From UHGV virus genome UHGV-1465484: 24,080 bases of DNA. One strand, given 5' to 3'. The translations under genes and the position numbers were made by a program. This stretch comes from a virus. The notes below the pieces were generated by a model. It saw only the letters and a list, made by a program, of their open reading frames with translations, did no database searches and was not told where the DNA came from. Below are positions 13,682 to 22,612 of the stretch, piece by piece (within the stretch, counting starts at the first letter, position 1; the number at the start of each line of letters is the position of its first letter).

Positions 13682-14379
13682 TGCAGGATATCCGGCAGGA
13701 AACACTGAATGAATGCACCCGTGCGGAGCAGTCGGCCAGCGTGGTGCTCTGGGAAATCGACCTGACAGAGGTCGGTGGAGAACGTTATTTTTTCTGTAAT
13801 GAGCAGAACGAAAAAGGTGAGCCGGTCACCTGGCAGGTGCGACAGTATCAGCCGTATCCCATTCAGGGGAGCGGTTTTGAACTGAATGGCAAAGGCACCA
13901 GTACGCGCCCCACGCTGACGGTTTCTAACCTGTACGGTATGGTCACCGGGATGGCGGAAGATCTGCAGAGTCTGGTCGGCGGAACGGTGGTCCGGCGTAA
14001 GGTTTACGCCCGTTTTCTGGATGCGGTGAACTTCGTCAACGGAAACAGTGACGCCGATCCGGAGCAGGAGGTGATCAGCCGCTGGCGCATCGAGCAGTGC
14101 AGCGAACTGAGCGCGGTGAGTGCCTCCTTTGTACTGTCCACGCCGACGGAAACGGATGGCGCTGTTTTTCCGGGACGTATCATGCTGGCCAACACCTGCA
14201 CCTGGACCTATCGCGGTGATGAGTGCGGTTATCACGGTCCGGCAGTCGCGGATGAATATGACCAGCCGACGTCCGATATCACGAAGGATAAATGCAGCAA
14301 ATGCCTGAGCGGCTGTAAGTTTCGCAATAACGTCGGCAACTTTGGCGGCTTCCTTTCCATTAACAAACTTTCGCAGTAA
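13681..14379 (+). CDS. L: Tail tip protein gpL
   Basis: 232-aa ORF; its ATG overlaps the M stop by one nucleotide; Cys-rich C-terminal region. Confidence 0.95.
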   Translation: MQDIRQETLNECTRAEQSASVVLWEIDLTEVGGERYFFCNEQNEKGEPVTWQVRQYQPYPIQGSGFELNGKGTSTRPTLTVSNLYGMVTGMAEDLQSLVGGTVVRRKVYARFLDAVNFVNGNSDADPEQEVISRWRIEQCSELSAVSASFVLSTPTETDGAVFPGRIMLANTCTWTYRGDECGYHGPAVADEYDQPTSDITKDKCSKCLSGCKFRNNVGNFGGFLSINKLSQ

Positions 14380-14383
14380 TCCC

Positions 14384-15127
14384 ATGACAGAGACAGAATC
14401 AGCGATTCTGGCGCACGCCCGGCGATGTGCGCCAGCGGAGTCGTGCGGCTTCGTGGTGAGAGCGCCGGAGGGGGAAAGATATTTTCCCTGCGTGAATATT
14501 TCCGGTGAGCCGGAGGATTATTTCCGGATGGCTCCGGAGGACTGGCTGCAGGCAGAGATGCAGGGTGAGATTGTGGCACTGGTCCACAGCCATCCCGGTG
14601 GTCTGCCCTGGCTGAGTGAGGCTGACCGGCGGCTGCAGGTGCAGAGTGATTTGCCGTGGTGGCTGGTCTGCCGGGGGGCGATTCACAAGTTCCGCTGTGT
14701 GCCGCATCTCACCGGGCGGCGCTTTGAGCACGGGGTGACGGACTGTTACACGCTGTTCCGGGATGCTTATCATCTGGCGGGGATTGAGATGCCGAATTTT
14801 CATCGCGGGGATGACTGGTGGCGTCACGGTCAGAATCTCTATCTGGATAATCTGGAGGCCACAGGGCTGTATCAGGTGCCGTTGTCATCAGCACAACCGG
14901 GCGATGTGCTGCTGTGCTGTTTTGGTTCATCGGTGCCGAATCATGCCGCCATTTACTGTGGTGACGGCGAGCTGCTGCACCATATTCCTGAACAACTGAG
15001 CAAACGAGAGAGGTATACCGACAAATGGCAGCGACGCACACACTCCCTCTGGCGTCACCGGGCATGGCGCGCATCTGCCTTTACGGGGATTTACAACGAT
15101 TTGGCCGCCGCATCGACCTTCGTGTGA
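14384..15127 (+). CDS. K: Tail tip assembly protein gpK (JAB/MPN JAMM-type plus NlpC/P60-like domains); the canonical lambda annotation starts at the internal Met at 14528
   Basis: Frame open from 14342; ATG at 14384 lies 5 nt after the L stop; HSHPGGLPWLSEAD (H-x-H-x7-S-x2-D) at about 14585-14626; Cys/His/His-containing C-terminal half consistent with NlpC/P60. The 199-codon version would start at 14528. Confidence 0.8.
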   Translation: MTETESAILAHARRCAPAESCGFVVRAPEGERYFPCVNISGEPEDYFRMAPEDWLQAEMQGEIVALVHSHPGGLPWLSEADRRLQVQSDLPWWLVCRGAIHKFRCVPHLTGRRFEHGVTDCYTLFRDAYHLAGIEMPNFHRGDDWWRHGQNLYLDNLEATGLYQVPLSSAQPGDVLLCCFGSSVPNHAAIYCGDGELLHHIPEQLSKRERYTDKWQRRTHSLWRHRAWRASAFTGIYNDLAAASTFV

Positions 15128-15666
15128 AAACGGGGGCTGAAGCTATCCGGGCGCTGGCCACACAGCTCCCGGCGTTTCGTCAGAAACTGAGCGACGGCTG
15201 GTATCAGGTACGGATTGCCGGGCGTGATACAGGTGAAACGGAATTATCAGCCCGTCTTAATGAACCGCTGGCAAATGGTGCTGTGATCCATATCGTGCCG
15301 CGTCTGGCAGGAGCCAAAAGTGGCGGTGTGTTTCAGGCTGTGCTGGGGGCGGCTGTTATGGCGGTTGCTATATGGATGCCGGGGGTAGGAATTATGGCGA
15401 GTAATCTGCTGTTTTCTCTCGGTGCCAGTATGACGCTTGGCGGTGTTGCACAGATGCTGGCCCCTAAACCCAAAACCCCCCGCACACAGACAACGGATAA
15501 CGGCAAACAGAACACCTATTTTTCTTCACTGGATAATATGGTTGCCCAGGGCAATGTTCTGCCCGTTCTGTACGGTGAAATGCGCGTGGGATCACGTGTG
15601 GTATCTCAGGAGATCAGCACAGCAGATGAAGGTGATGGTGGTCAGGTTGTGGTGATTGGTCGCTGA
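15025..15666 (+). CDS. I: Tail tip assembly protein gpI
   Basis: 213-aa ORF overlapping the K 3' end by about 100 nt as in lambda; N- and C-terminal parts match lambda I from memory, central part differs and is about 10 codons shorter. Confidence 0.9.
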   Translation: MAATHTLPLASPGMARICLYGDLQRFGRRIDLRVKTGAEAIRALATQLPAFRQKLSDGWYQVRIAGRDTGETELSARLNEPLANGAVIHIVPRLAGAKSGGVFQAVLGAAVMAVAIWMPGVGIMASNLLFSLGASMTLGGVAQMLAPKPKTPRTQTTDNGKQNTYFSSLDNMVAQGNVLPVLYGEMRVGSRVVSQEISTADEGDGGQVVVIGR

Positions 15667-15726
15667 TGAAAAACGTTTTATGTGAAACCGCCTCCGGGCG
15701 GTTTTATCGTTTATGGAGCATGACGA

Positions 15727-18700
15727 ATGGGTAAAGGCAGCAGTAAGGGGCATACCCCGCGCGAAGCGAAGGACAACCTGAAATCCACGCAGCTGTTGAG
15801 TGCGATTGATGCCATCAGCGAAGGGCCGATTGAAGGTCCGGTGGATGGATTAAAAAGCGTGCTGCTGAACAGTACGCCGGTGCTGGACAGTGAGGGGAAT
15901 ACCAATATCTCCGGCGTCACGGTGGTGTTCCGGGCAGGTGAGCAGGAGCAGTCACCGCCGGAGGGATTTGAATCCTCCGGTTCCGAGACGGTGCTGGGTA
16001 CGGAAGTGAAATATGAAACGCCGATCACCCGGACCATCACGTCGGCAAACATCGACCGTCTGCGCTTTACCTTCGGTGTACAGGCACTGGTGGAAACCAC
16101 CTCAAAGGGAGACAGGAATCCGTCGGAAGTCCGCCTGCTGGTTCAGATACAGCGTAACGGTGGCTGGGTGACGGAAAAAGACATCACCATTAAGGGCAAA
16201 ACCACCTCGCAGTATCTGGCCTCGGTGGTGGTGGATAACCTGCCGCCGCGCCCGTTCAATATCCGGATGCGCAGGATGACGCCGGACAGCACCACAGACC
16301 AGCTGCAGAACAAAACGCTCTGGTCGTCATACACCGAAATCATCGATGTGAAACAGTGCTACCCGAACACGGCACTGGTCGGCGTACAGGTGGACTCGGA
16401 GCAGTTCGGCAGCCAGCAGGTGAGCCGTAATTATCATCTTCGCGGGCGCATTCTGCAGGTGCCGTCGAACTATAACCCGCAGACGCGACAATACAGCGGT
16501 ATCTGGGACGGAACGTTAAAACCAGCATACAGCAACAACATGGCCTGGTGTCTGTGGGATATGCTGACCCACCCGCGCTACGGCATGGGGAAACGTCTTG
16601 GTGCGGCGGATGTGGACAAATGGGCGCTGTATGTCATCGGCCAGTACTGCGACCAGTCAGTGCCGGACGGCTTTGGCGGCACGGAGCCGCGCATCACCTG
16701 TAATGCGTACCTGACCACACAGCGCAAGGCGTGGGATGTGCTCAGTGATTTCTGCTCGGCGATGCGCTGTATGCCGGTATGGAACGGGCAGACGCTGACG
16801 TTCGTGCAGGACCGACAGTCGGATAAGGTGTGGACCTATAACCGCAGTAATGTGGTGATGCCGGATGATGGCGCGCCGTTCCGCTACAGCTTCAGCGCCC
16901 TGAAGGACCGCCATAATGCCGTTGAGGTGAACTGGATTGACCCGAACAACGGCTGGGAGACGGCGACAGAGCTTGTTGAAGATACGCAGGCCATTGCCCG
17001 TTACGGTCGTAATGTCACGAAGATGGATGCCTTTGGTTGTACCAGCCGGGGGCAGGCACACCGCGCCGGGCTGTGGCTGATTAAAACGGAACTGCTGGAA
17101 ACGCAGACCGTGGATTTCAGCGTGGGCGCAGAAGGGCTTCGCCATGTGCCGGGCGATGTTATTGAAATCTGCGATGATGACTATGCCGGTATCAGCACCG
17201 GTGGTCGCGTGCTGGCGGTGAACAGCCAGACCCGGACGCTGACGCTCGACCGTGAAATCACGCTGCCATCCTCCGGTACCACGCTGATAAGCCTGGTTGA
17301 CGGAAGTGGCAATCCGGTCAGCGTGGAGGTTCAGTCCGTCACCGACGGCGTGAAGGTAAAAGTGAGCCGTGTTCCTGACGGTGTTGCTGAATACAGCGTA
17401 TGGGGGCTGAAGCTGCCGACGCTGCGCCAGCGACTGTTCCGCTGCGTGAGTATCCGTGAGAACGACGACGGCACGTATGCCATCACCGCCGTGCAGCATG
17501 TGCCGGAAAAAGAGGCCATCGTGGATAACGGGGCGCACTTTGACGGCGAACAGAGTGGCACGGTGAATGGTGTCACGCCGCCAGCGGTGCAGCACCTGAC
17601 CGCAGAAGTCACTGCAGACAGCGGGGAATATCAGGTGCTGGCGCGATGGGACACACCGAAGGTGGTGAAGGGCGTGAGCTTCCTGCTTCGCCTGACCGTG
17701 GCAGCGGATGACGGCAGTGAGCGGCTGGTCAGCACGGCCCGGACGACGGAAACCACATACCGCTTCACGCAACTGGCGCCAGGGAACTACAGGCTGACAG
17801 TCCGGGCGGCAAATGCCTGGGGGCAGCAGGGCGATCCGGCATCGGTATCGTTCCGTATTGCCGCACCGGCAGCGCCGTCGCGGATTGAGCTGACGCCGGG
17901 CTATTTTCAGATAACCGCCACGCCCCATCTTGCCGTTTATGATCCGACGGTACAGTTTGAGTTCTGGTTCTCGGAAAAGCGGATTGCGGATATCAGGCAG
18001 GTTGAAACCACAGCCCGCTATCTTGGCACGGCGCTGTACTGGATAGCTGCCAGTATCAATATCAAACCGGGCCATGATTATTATTTTTACATCCGCAGTG
18101 TGAACACCGTTGGCAAATCGGCATTTGTGGAGGCTGTTGGCCAGCCGAGTGATGATGCATCCGGCTATCTGGATTTTTTCAAAGGCGAGATAGGGAAAAG
18201 CCATCTGGCTCAGGAGCTGTGGACGCAGATTGATAACGGTCAGCTTGCGCCTGACCTGGCTGAAATCAGGACGTCCATTACGGATGTCAGCAATGAAATC
18301 ACGCAGACCGTCAATAAGAAACTGGAAGACCAGAGTGCGGCAATTCAGCAGATACAGAAGGTTCAGGTTGATACAAATAATAACCTGAACAGCATGTGGG
18401 CTGTGAAGCTGCAGCAGATGCAGGACGGACGCCTTTATATCGCGGGTATTGGTGCCGGTATTGAGAACACCCCTGACGGCATGCAGAGTCAGGTGCTGCT
18501 GGCGGCGGACAGGATTGCGATGGTTAATCCTGCGAATGGCAACACAAAGCCGATGTTTGTTGGTCAGGGCGATCAGATATTCATGAACGAAGTGTTCCTG
18601 AAATATCTGACGGCTCCCACCATTACCAGCGGCGGTAATCCTCCGGCATTTTCCCTGACACCGGACGGGCGGCTGACGGCGAAAAATGCCGATATCAGCG

Positions 18701-19206
18701 GTAGCGTGAATGCGAACTCCGGGACGCTCAACAACGTCACGATTAACGAGAACTGTCGGGTTCTGGGAAAACTGTCCGCGAACCAGATTGAAGGCGATCT
18801 CGTTAAAACAGTGGGCAAAGCTTTCCCCCGGGACTCCCGTGCACCGGAGCGGTGGCCATCAGGGACCATTACCGTCAGGGTTTATGACGATCAGCCGTTT
18901 GACCGGCAAATTGTTATTCCAGCGGTGGCTTTCAGCGGTGCCAGACATGAACGGGAGAATAGCGATACTTATTCGTCATGCCGCCTGATAGTGAAGAAAA
19001 ACGGGGCTGAAATTTATAACCGAACGGCTCTGGATAATACTCTGATTTACACGGGTGTTATTGATATGCCTGCAGGCAGTGGCGTAATGACACTGGAGTT
19101 TTCTGTATCAGCATGGTGGGTAAATGGCTGGTATCCCACAGCAAGTATCAGCGATTTGCTGGTTGTTGTGATGAAGAAAGCCACTGCAGGCATCACGATT
19201 AGCTGA
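15727..19206 (+). CDS. J: Central tail fibre / host specificity protein gpJ, with a divergent C-terminal receptor-binding region
   Basis: 1159-aa ORF; the first ~800 residues agree closely with lambda J as recalled ([24 protein letters not shown]...); the remaining ~350 residues are homologous but clearly diverged and 27 residues longer in total. Confidence 0.95.
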   Translation: MGKGSSKGHTPREAKDNLKSTQLLSAIDAISEGPIEGPVDGLKSVLLNSTPVLDSEGNTNISGVTVVFRAGEQEQSPPEGFESSGSETVLGTEVKYETPITRTITSANIDRLRFTFGVQALVETTSKGDRNPSEVRLLVQIQRNGGWVTEKDITIKGKTTSQYLASVVVDNLPPRPFNIRMRRMTPDSTTDQLQNKTLWSSYTEIIDVKQCYPNTALVGVQVDSEQFGSQQVSRNYHLRGRILQVPSNYNPQTRQYSGIWDGTLKPAYSNNMAWCLWDMLTHPRYGMGKRLGAADVDKWALYVIGQYCDQSVPDGFGGTEPRITCNAYLTTQRKAWDVLSDFCSAMRCMPVWNGQTLTFVQDRQSDKVWTYNRSNVVMPDDGAPFRYSFSALKDRHNAVEVNWIDPNNGWETATELVEDTQAIARYGRNVTKMDAFGCTSRGQAHRAGLWLIKTELLETQTVDFSVGAEGLRHVPGDVIEICDDDYAGISTGGRVLAVNSQTRTLTLDREITLPSSGTTLISLVDGSGNPVSVEVQSVTDGVKVKVSRVPDGVAEYSVWGLKLPTLRQRLFRCVSIRENDDGTYAITAVQHVPEKEAIVDNGAHFDGEQSGTVNGVTPPAVQHLTAEVTADSGEYQVLARWDTPKVVKGVSFLLRLTVAADDGSERLVSTARTTETTYRFTQLAPGNYRLTVRAANAWGQQGDPASVSFRIAAPAAPSRIELTPGYFQITATPHLAVYDPTVQFEFWFSEKRIADIRQVETTARYLGTALYWIAASINIKPGHDYYFYIRSVNTVGKSAFVEAVGQPSDDASGYLDFFKGEIGKSHLAQELWTQIDNGQLAPDLAEIRTSITDVSNEITQTVNKKLEDQSAAIQQIQKVQVDTNNNLNSMWAVKLQQMQDGRLYIAGIGAGIENTPDGMQSQVLLAADRIAMVNPANGNTKPMFVGQGDQIFMNEVFLKYLTAPTITSGGNPPAFSLTPDGRLTAKNADISGSVNANSGTLNNVTINENCRVLGKLSANQIEGDLVKTVGKAFPRDSRAPERWPSGTITVRVYDDQPFDRQIVIPAVAFSGARHERENSDTYSSCRLIVKKNGAEIYNRTALDNTLIYTGVIDMPAGSGVMTLEFSVSAWWVNGWYPTASISDLLVVVMKKATAGITIS

Positions 19207-19224
19207 ATTTTATAACCCAGATAC

Positions 19225-19250
19225 GGGCGCCAGAAATGGCGCCTTTTTTA
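19225..19250 (+). terminator. Rho-independent terminator-like hairpin after J
   Basis: GGGCGCC-AGAAAT-GGCGCC followed by TTTTTT at 19225-19250. Confidence 0.6.
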
Positions 19251-19273
19251 TTGCAGAAAAGCGAGAGGTAATT

Positions 19274-19873
19274 ATGCGTAAATTATGTGCTGTTATTCTG
19301 TCCACAGTAGTCTGGCTGGTCGCCGCTGGTACGCCAGCGAGCGCAGCAGAGCATCAGTCCACACTAAGCGCCGGGTATCTTCAGACCCATACTGATATGC
19401 CCGGCAACGATGACCTGAAGGGCATTAACGTGAAATACCGTTATGAATTTACGGACACGCTGGGGCTGGTGACGTCATTCAGTTATGCCAATGCCAAAGA
19501 TGAGCAAAAAACGCATTACAGCGATACCCGCTGGCATGAAGATTCAGTGCGTAACCGCTGGTTCAGCATGATGGCGGGGCCGTCTGTACGCGTGAATGAA
19601 TGGTTCAGTGCTTATGCGATGGCAGGTGTGGCTTACAGCCGTGTTTCGACTTTTTCCGGGGATTATCTCCGCGTAACTGACAGCAAGGGGAAAACGCACG
19701 ATGTGCTGACCGGAAGTGATGACGGTCGCCACAGCAACACGTCTCTGGCGTGGGGGGCTGGCGTGCAGTTTAACCCGACCGAATCCGTGGCCATTGATAT
19801 TGCTTATGAAGGCTCCGGCAGTGGTGACTGGCGCACTGACGGTTTCATCGTGGGTGTCGGTTATAAATTCTGA
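19274..19873 (+). CDS. lom: Lom-family outer membrane beta-barrel protein (Ail/Lom/PagC family)
   Basis: 199-aa ORF with N-terminal signal peptide (MRKLCAVILSTVVWLVAAGTPASA) and a C-terminus ...IAYEGSGSGDWRTDGFIVGVGYKF that matches lambda Lom from memory; RBS GAGAGG upstream; flanked by terminators on both sides. Confidence 0.9.
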   Translation: MRKLCAVILSTVVWLVAAGTPASAAEHQSTLSAGYLQTHTDMPGNDDLKGINVKYRYEFTDTLGLVTSFSYANAKDEQKTHYSDTRWHEDSVRNRWFSMMAGPSVRVNEWFSAYAMAGVAYSRVSTFSGDYLRVTDSKGKTHDVLTGSDDGRHSNTSLAWGAGVQFNPTESVAIDIAYEGSGSGDWRTDGFIVGVGYKF

Positions 19874-19900
19874 TTAGCCAGGTAACACAGTGTTATGACA

Positions 19901-19926
19901 GCCCGCCGGTTCAGGCGGGCTTTTTT
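19901..19926 (+). terminator. Rho-independent terminator after lom
   Basis: GCCCGCC-GGTTCA-GGCGGGC followed by TTTTTT at 19901-19926. Confidence 0.7.
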
Positions 19927-19931
19927 GTGGA

Positions 19932-22322
19932 GTGGATAGGGCAGCAGTAAAAATCTCAGGTGTGCGGAAAGATGGTGCGGGAGAACCAATACAGAACTGC
20001 ACTATTCAACTGAAGGCAAAGCGTAACAGCACCACGGTACTGGTGAACACGGTGGCCTCTGAAAATCCTGATGAAGCCGGGCGTTACAGCATGGATGTTG
20101 AGTATGGCCAGTACAGCGTCACCCTGCTGGTTGAAGGTTTTCCGCCTTCACATGCCGGGACCATTACCGTCTATGAAGGCTCCAGACCAGGTACGCTGAA
20201 TGATTTTCTCGGTGCCATGACGGAAGATGATGTCATGCCGGAGGCATTGCGTCGTTTTGAACTGATGGTGGAAGAAGTGGCACGCAACGCCGAAGCCGCC
20301 TCTCAGAGCGCAGCGGCGGCAAAGAAATCCGAAACTGCAGCGGCATCATCAAAGAACGCGGCGAAAACCTCAGAAACGAATGCAGCTAATAGTGCACAGG
20401 CGGCAGCGACCTCAAAGACTGCATCGGCAAACTCCGCGACAGCAGCCAAAAAATCAGAAACCAACGCGAAAAATAGCGAGACAGCCGCAAAGACGAGCGA
20501 AACCAACGCAAAGTCCAGCCAGACGGCAGCGAAAACCAGCGAAACGAATGCCAAAGCCAGTGAAACTGCGGCAAAAAACAGCCAGGTTGCAGCAGCCCAA
20601 AGCGAGAGCGCGGCAGCCGGTTCTGCGACTTCAGCAGCTGGATCAGCAACTGCTGCGGCTAACAGCCAGAAAGCTGCGAAGACGAGTGAAACTAACGCAA
20701 AGTCCAGCCAGACGGCAGCGAAGACCAGCGAAACGAATGCCAAAACCAGCGAAACTGCGGCGAAAAACAGTCAGGATGCAGCAGCCCAAAGCGAGAGTGC
20801 TGCAGCTGGTTCTGCAAGCGCGGCGGCTGCTTCTGCCATTGCATCAGCCAACAGTCAAAAAGCTGCAAAAACCAGTGAAACCAACGCAAAGGCGAGCGAG
20901 ACTGCGGCTGCTAACTCGGCGAAAGCATCAGCTGCAAGCCAGACGGCTGCAAAAGCAAGTGAAGACGCAGCCAGGGAGTACGCAAGCCAGGCAGCAGAGC
21001 CGTATAAATATGTCTTACAGCCGCTTCCTGATGTGTGGATACCGTTTAACGATTCACTGGATATGATTACGGGCTTTTCGCCATCATATAAAAAGATTGT
21101 TATTGGTGATGATGAAATAACAATGCCTGGCGACAAGATTGTAAAGTTTAAACGCGCATCAAAAGCAACTTACATTAATAAATCTGGTGTGCTGACAGAG
21201 GCTGCAATCGATGAACCTCGCTTTGAAAAGTATGGATTGCTGATTGAAGGGCAGCGTACAAACCTGTTAATAAACAGCACAAATCCATCAAAATGGAACA
21301 AGTCATCAAATATGATTTTAAATACATCAGGTGTAGATGATTTTGGTTTCCAGTACGCAAAATTCACATTAAAACCAGAAATGGTGGGGCAAACCTCAGC
21401 CATTTCTATTGTCACAGTATCTGGAAGCAAAGGATATGATGTTACCGGCGATGAAAAGTATGTAACTATCTCATGCAGGGTACAAAGTGGGACTCCAAAT
21501 TTAAGATGTCGATTACGATTTGAAGAATATGATGGATCTACCTACAAATTCCTGGGTGATGCTTACTTAAATATGACAGATTTATCGATTGATAAAACTG
21601 GCGGCGCTGCAAGTCGTATTACTGCAAGGGCTGTTAAAAATGAAGCAAGCAAATGGATTTTCTTTGAGGCAACAATTAAGGCACTTGATACAGAAAATAT
21701 GATCGGTGCGATGGTGCAATATGCACCACCAAAAGGGGGAAGCACTGGTGCAGATGATTATATTTATGTTGCAACTCCTCAGGTCGAAGGCGGTTCGTGC
21801 GCTTCTTCGTTTATTATTACTGAGGCAACGCCAGTCACAAGAGCCAGTGATATGGTGAATATACCAACAAATAACAATATCGGTACACCACCTTTAACAT
21901 TTCTAGCTGAAGTTCATACAAACTGGAACGAAACGCCAAATGCAGCACCACGAATTTTTGATACCAGTGGTGGGAGCACAACTCCGGGTCAATATATAAG
22001 TGTTGCTATTAGTTCAACATTATTTCCTGGTGTTACGATGCACAATAAAAACGGTAGTACAGTAGCCGCCGTATCGCCAGTATTATTTGAACAAAAATCT
22101 GTTCTTGGATTTGTTTTAAATGAATCTGGTAATGTGCATTTCGTTAGCAATGCCCAGCATGGGACTCCTAAAACCACGGATCATGTCGGTGTTAAATCTG
22201 GTTATTTCTTCAGGATTGGGGGACAGACTAATAGCGGTCTACGTCATCTTTTCGGTCACATTCGTAATTTTCGTATATGGCATAAAGAATTAACCGATGC
22301 ACAAATGGGAGAGGTAATATAA
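19932..22322 (+). CDS. stf: Side tail fibre protein: lambda-Stf-like N-terminus and Ala/Ser/Thr heptad shaft fused to a non-lambda C-terminal tip with a LamG/ConA-like lectin signature
   Basis: 796-aa ORF; first start in frame is GTG at 19932 (exact start uncertain); residues ~5-120 resemble lambda Stf from memory; residues ~120-335 are KTSETNA-type heptad repeats; the remainder is AT-rich and ends in ...HIRNFRIWHKELTDAQMGEVI. Confidence 0.85.
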   Translation: MDRAAVKISGVRKDGAGEPIQNCTIQLKAKRNSTTVLVNTVASENPDEAGRYSMDVEYGQYSVTLLVEGFPPSHAGTITVYEGSRPGTLNDFLGAMTEDDVMPEALRRFELMVEEVARNAEAASQSAAAAKKSETAAASSKNAAKTSETNAANSAQAAATSKTASANSATAAKKSETNAKNSETAAKTSETNAKSSQTAAKTSETNAKASETAAKNSQVAAAQSESAAAGSATSAAGSATAAANSQKAAKTSETNAKSSQTAAKTSETNAKTSETAAKNSQDAAAQSESAAAGSASAAAASAIASANSQKAAKTSETNAKASETAAANSAKASAASQTAAKASEDAAREYASQAAEPYKYVLQPLPDVWIPFNDSLDMITGFSPSYKKIVIGDDEITMPGDKIVKFKRASKATYINKSGVLTEAAIDEPRFEKYGLLIEGQRTNLLINSTNPSKWNKSSNMILNTSGVDDFGFQYAKFTLKPEMVGQTSAISIVTVSGSKGYDVTGDEKYVTISCRVQSGTPNLRCRLRFEEYDGSTYKFLGDAYLNMTDLSIDKTGGAASRITARAVKNEASKWIFFEATIKALDTENMIGAMVQYAPPKGGSTGADDYIYVATPQVEGGSCASSFIITEATPVTRASDMVNIPTNNNIGTPPLTFLAEVHTNWNETPNAAPRIFDTSGGSTTPGQYISVAISSTLFPGVTMHNKNGSTVAAVSPVLFEQKSVLGFVLNESGNVHFVSNAQHGTPKTTDHVGVKSGYFFRIGGQTNSGLRHLFGHIRNFRIWHKELTDAQMGEVI
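20290..20980 (+). repeat. Internal coding repeat region of stf: 21-nt (7-aa) heptad units, including two ~140-bp direct copies (20487-20626 and 20676-20815) spaced 189 bp apart
   Basis: The two copies were aligned by eye and are about 90% identical; at protein level AAKTSETNAKSSQTAAKTSETNAK(A/T)SETAAKNSQ(V/D)AAAQSESAAAGSA occurs twice. Confidence 0.8.
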
Positions 22323-22603
22323 TGCGAGACTTAATTATCAAATTCACAGACAAGGCCGACTTTTCGGCCTTTATGGATAGCATTGGTTATGACGATGACG
22401 AGGTGATGCAGAACAATGTTCTCATTGATGTGATAGGTAACGTGTACAAAGAAACCGGGGAAATTACTGAAGATGGCGAGCCGGTATGTGTTAAGGAAGA
22501 CGGATATTTTGTAAACGTGCGCATCATTAATGATGTGAAAACACCGTCAATATTCGATGAATACGCGGTTGTTGTTGAGCATCAACTTCGTGGCTGGATG
22601 TGA
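22322..22603 (+). CDS. Hypothetical acidic 93-aa protein, translationally coupled to stf
   Basis: ATG at 22322 overlaps the stf stop (TAATG); open frame of 93 codons in the same operon orientation; no family recognised. Confidence 0.6.
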   Translation: MRDLIIKFTDKADFSAFMDSIGYDDDEVMQNNVLIDVIGNVYKETGEITEDGEPVCVKEDGYFVNVRIINDVKTPSIFDEYAVVVEHQLRGWM

Positions 22604-22612
22604 GGGAGACAA

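Noticed and set aside
14342-14383. TTG start at 14342 for K, as implied by the six-frame track
   Set aside because: Would overlap the L 3' end by 38 nt in another frame with no RBS; ATG at 14384 just after the L stop is the more economical start for the long form.
13579-14385. 268-aa minus-strand ORF opposite L, and the 161-aa and 144-aa minus ORFs at 13179-13705
   Set aside because: Antisense to the lambda-identical M and L genes; no start context; rejected as spurious.
16657-18204. 515-aa minus-strand ORF inside J
   Set aside because: Entirely antisense to J; Arg/Ala/Pro-rich composition typical of reverse-frame translation of GC-rich coding DNA; no independent support.
20290-20980. Direct repeats that could superficially suggest a CRISPR-like or tandem-repeat array
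   Set aside because: Repeats are imperfect, in-frame and coding (heptad protein repeats) with no unique spacers and no leader; not a CRISPR array.
20303-21066. Alternative-frame ORFs across the stf repeat region (+ strand 20380-21066, 228 aa, Arg/Gln/Pro-rich; minus 20303-20743, Ala/Phe-rich)
   Set aside because: Low-complexity translations of the heptad-repeat DNA in the wrong frame or strand; the in-frame Stf reading is continuous and homologous to lambda Stf.
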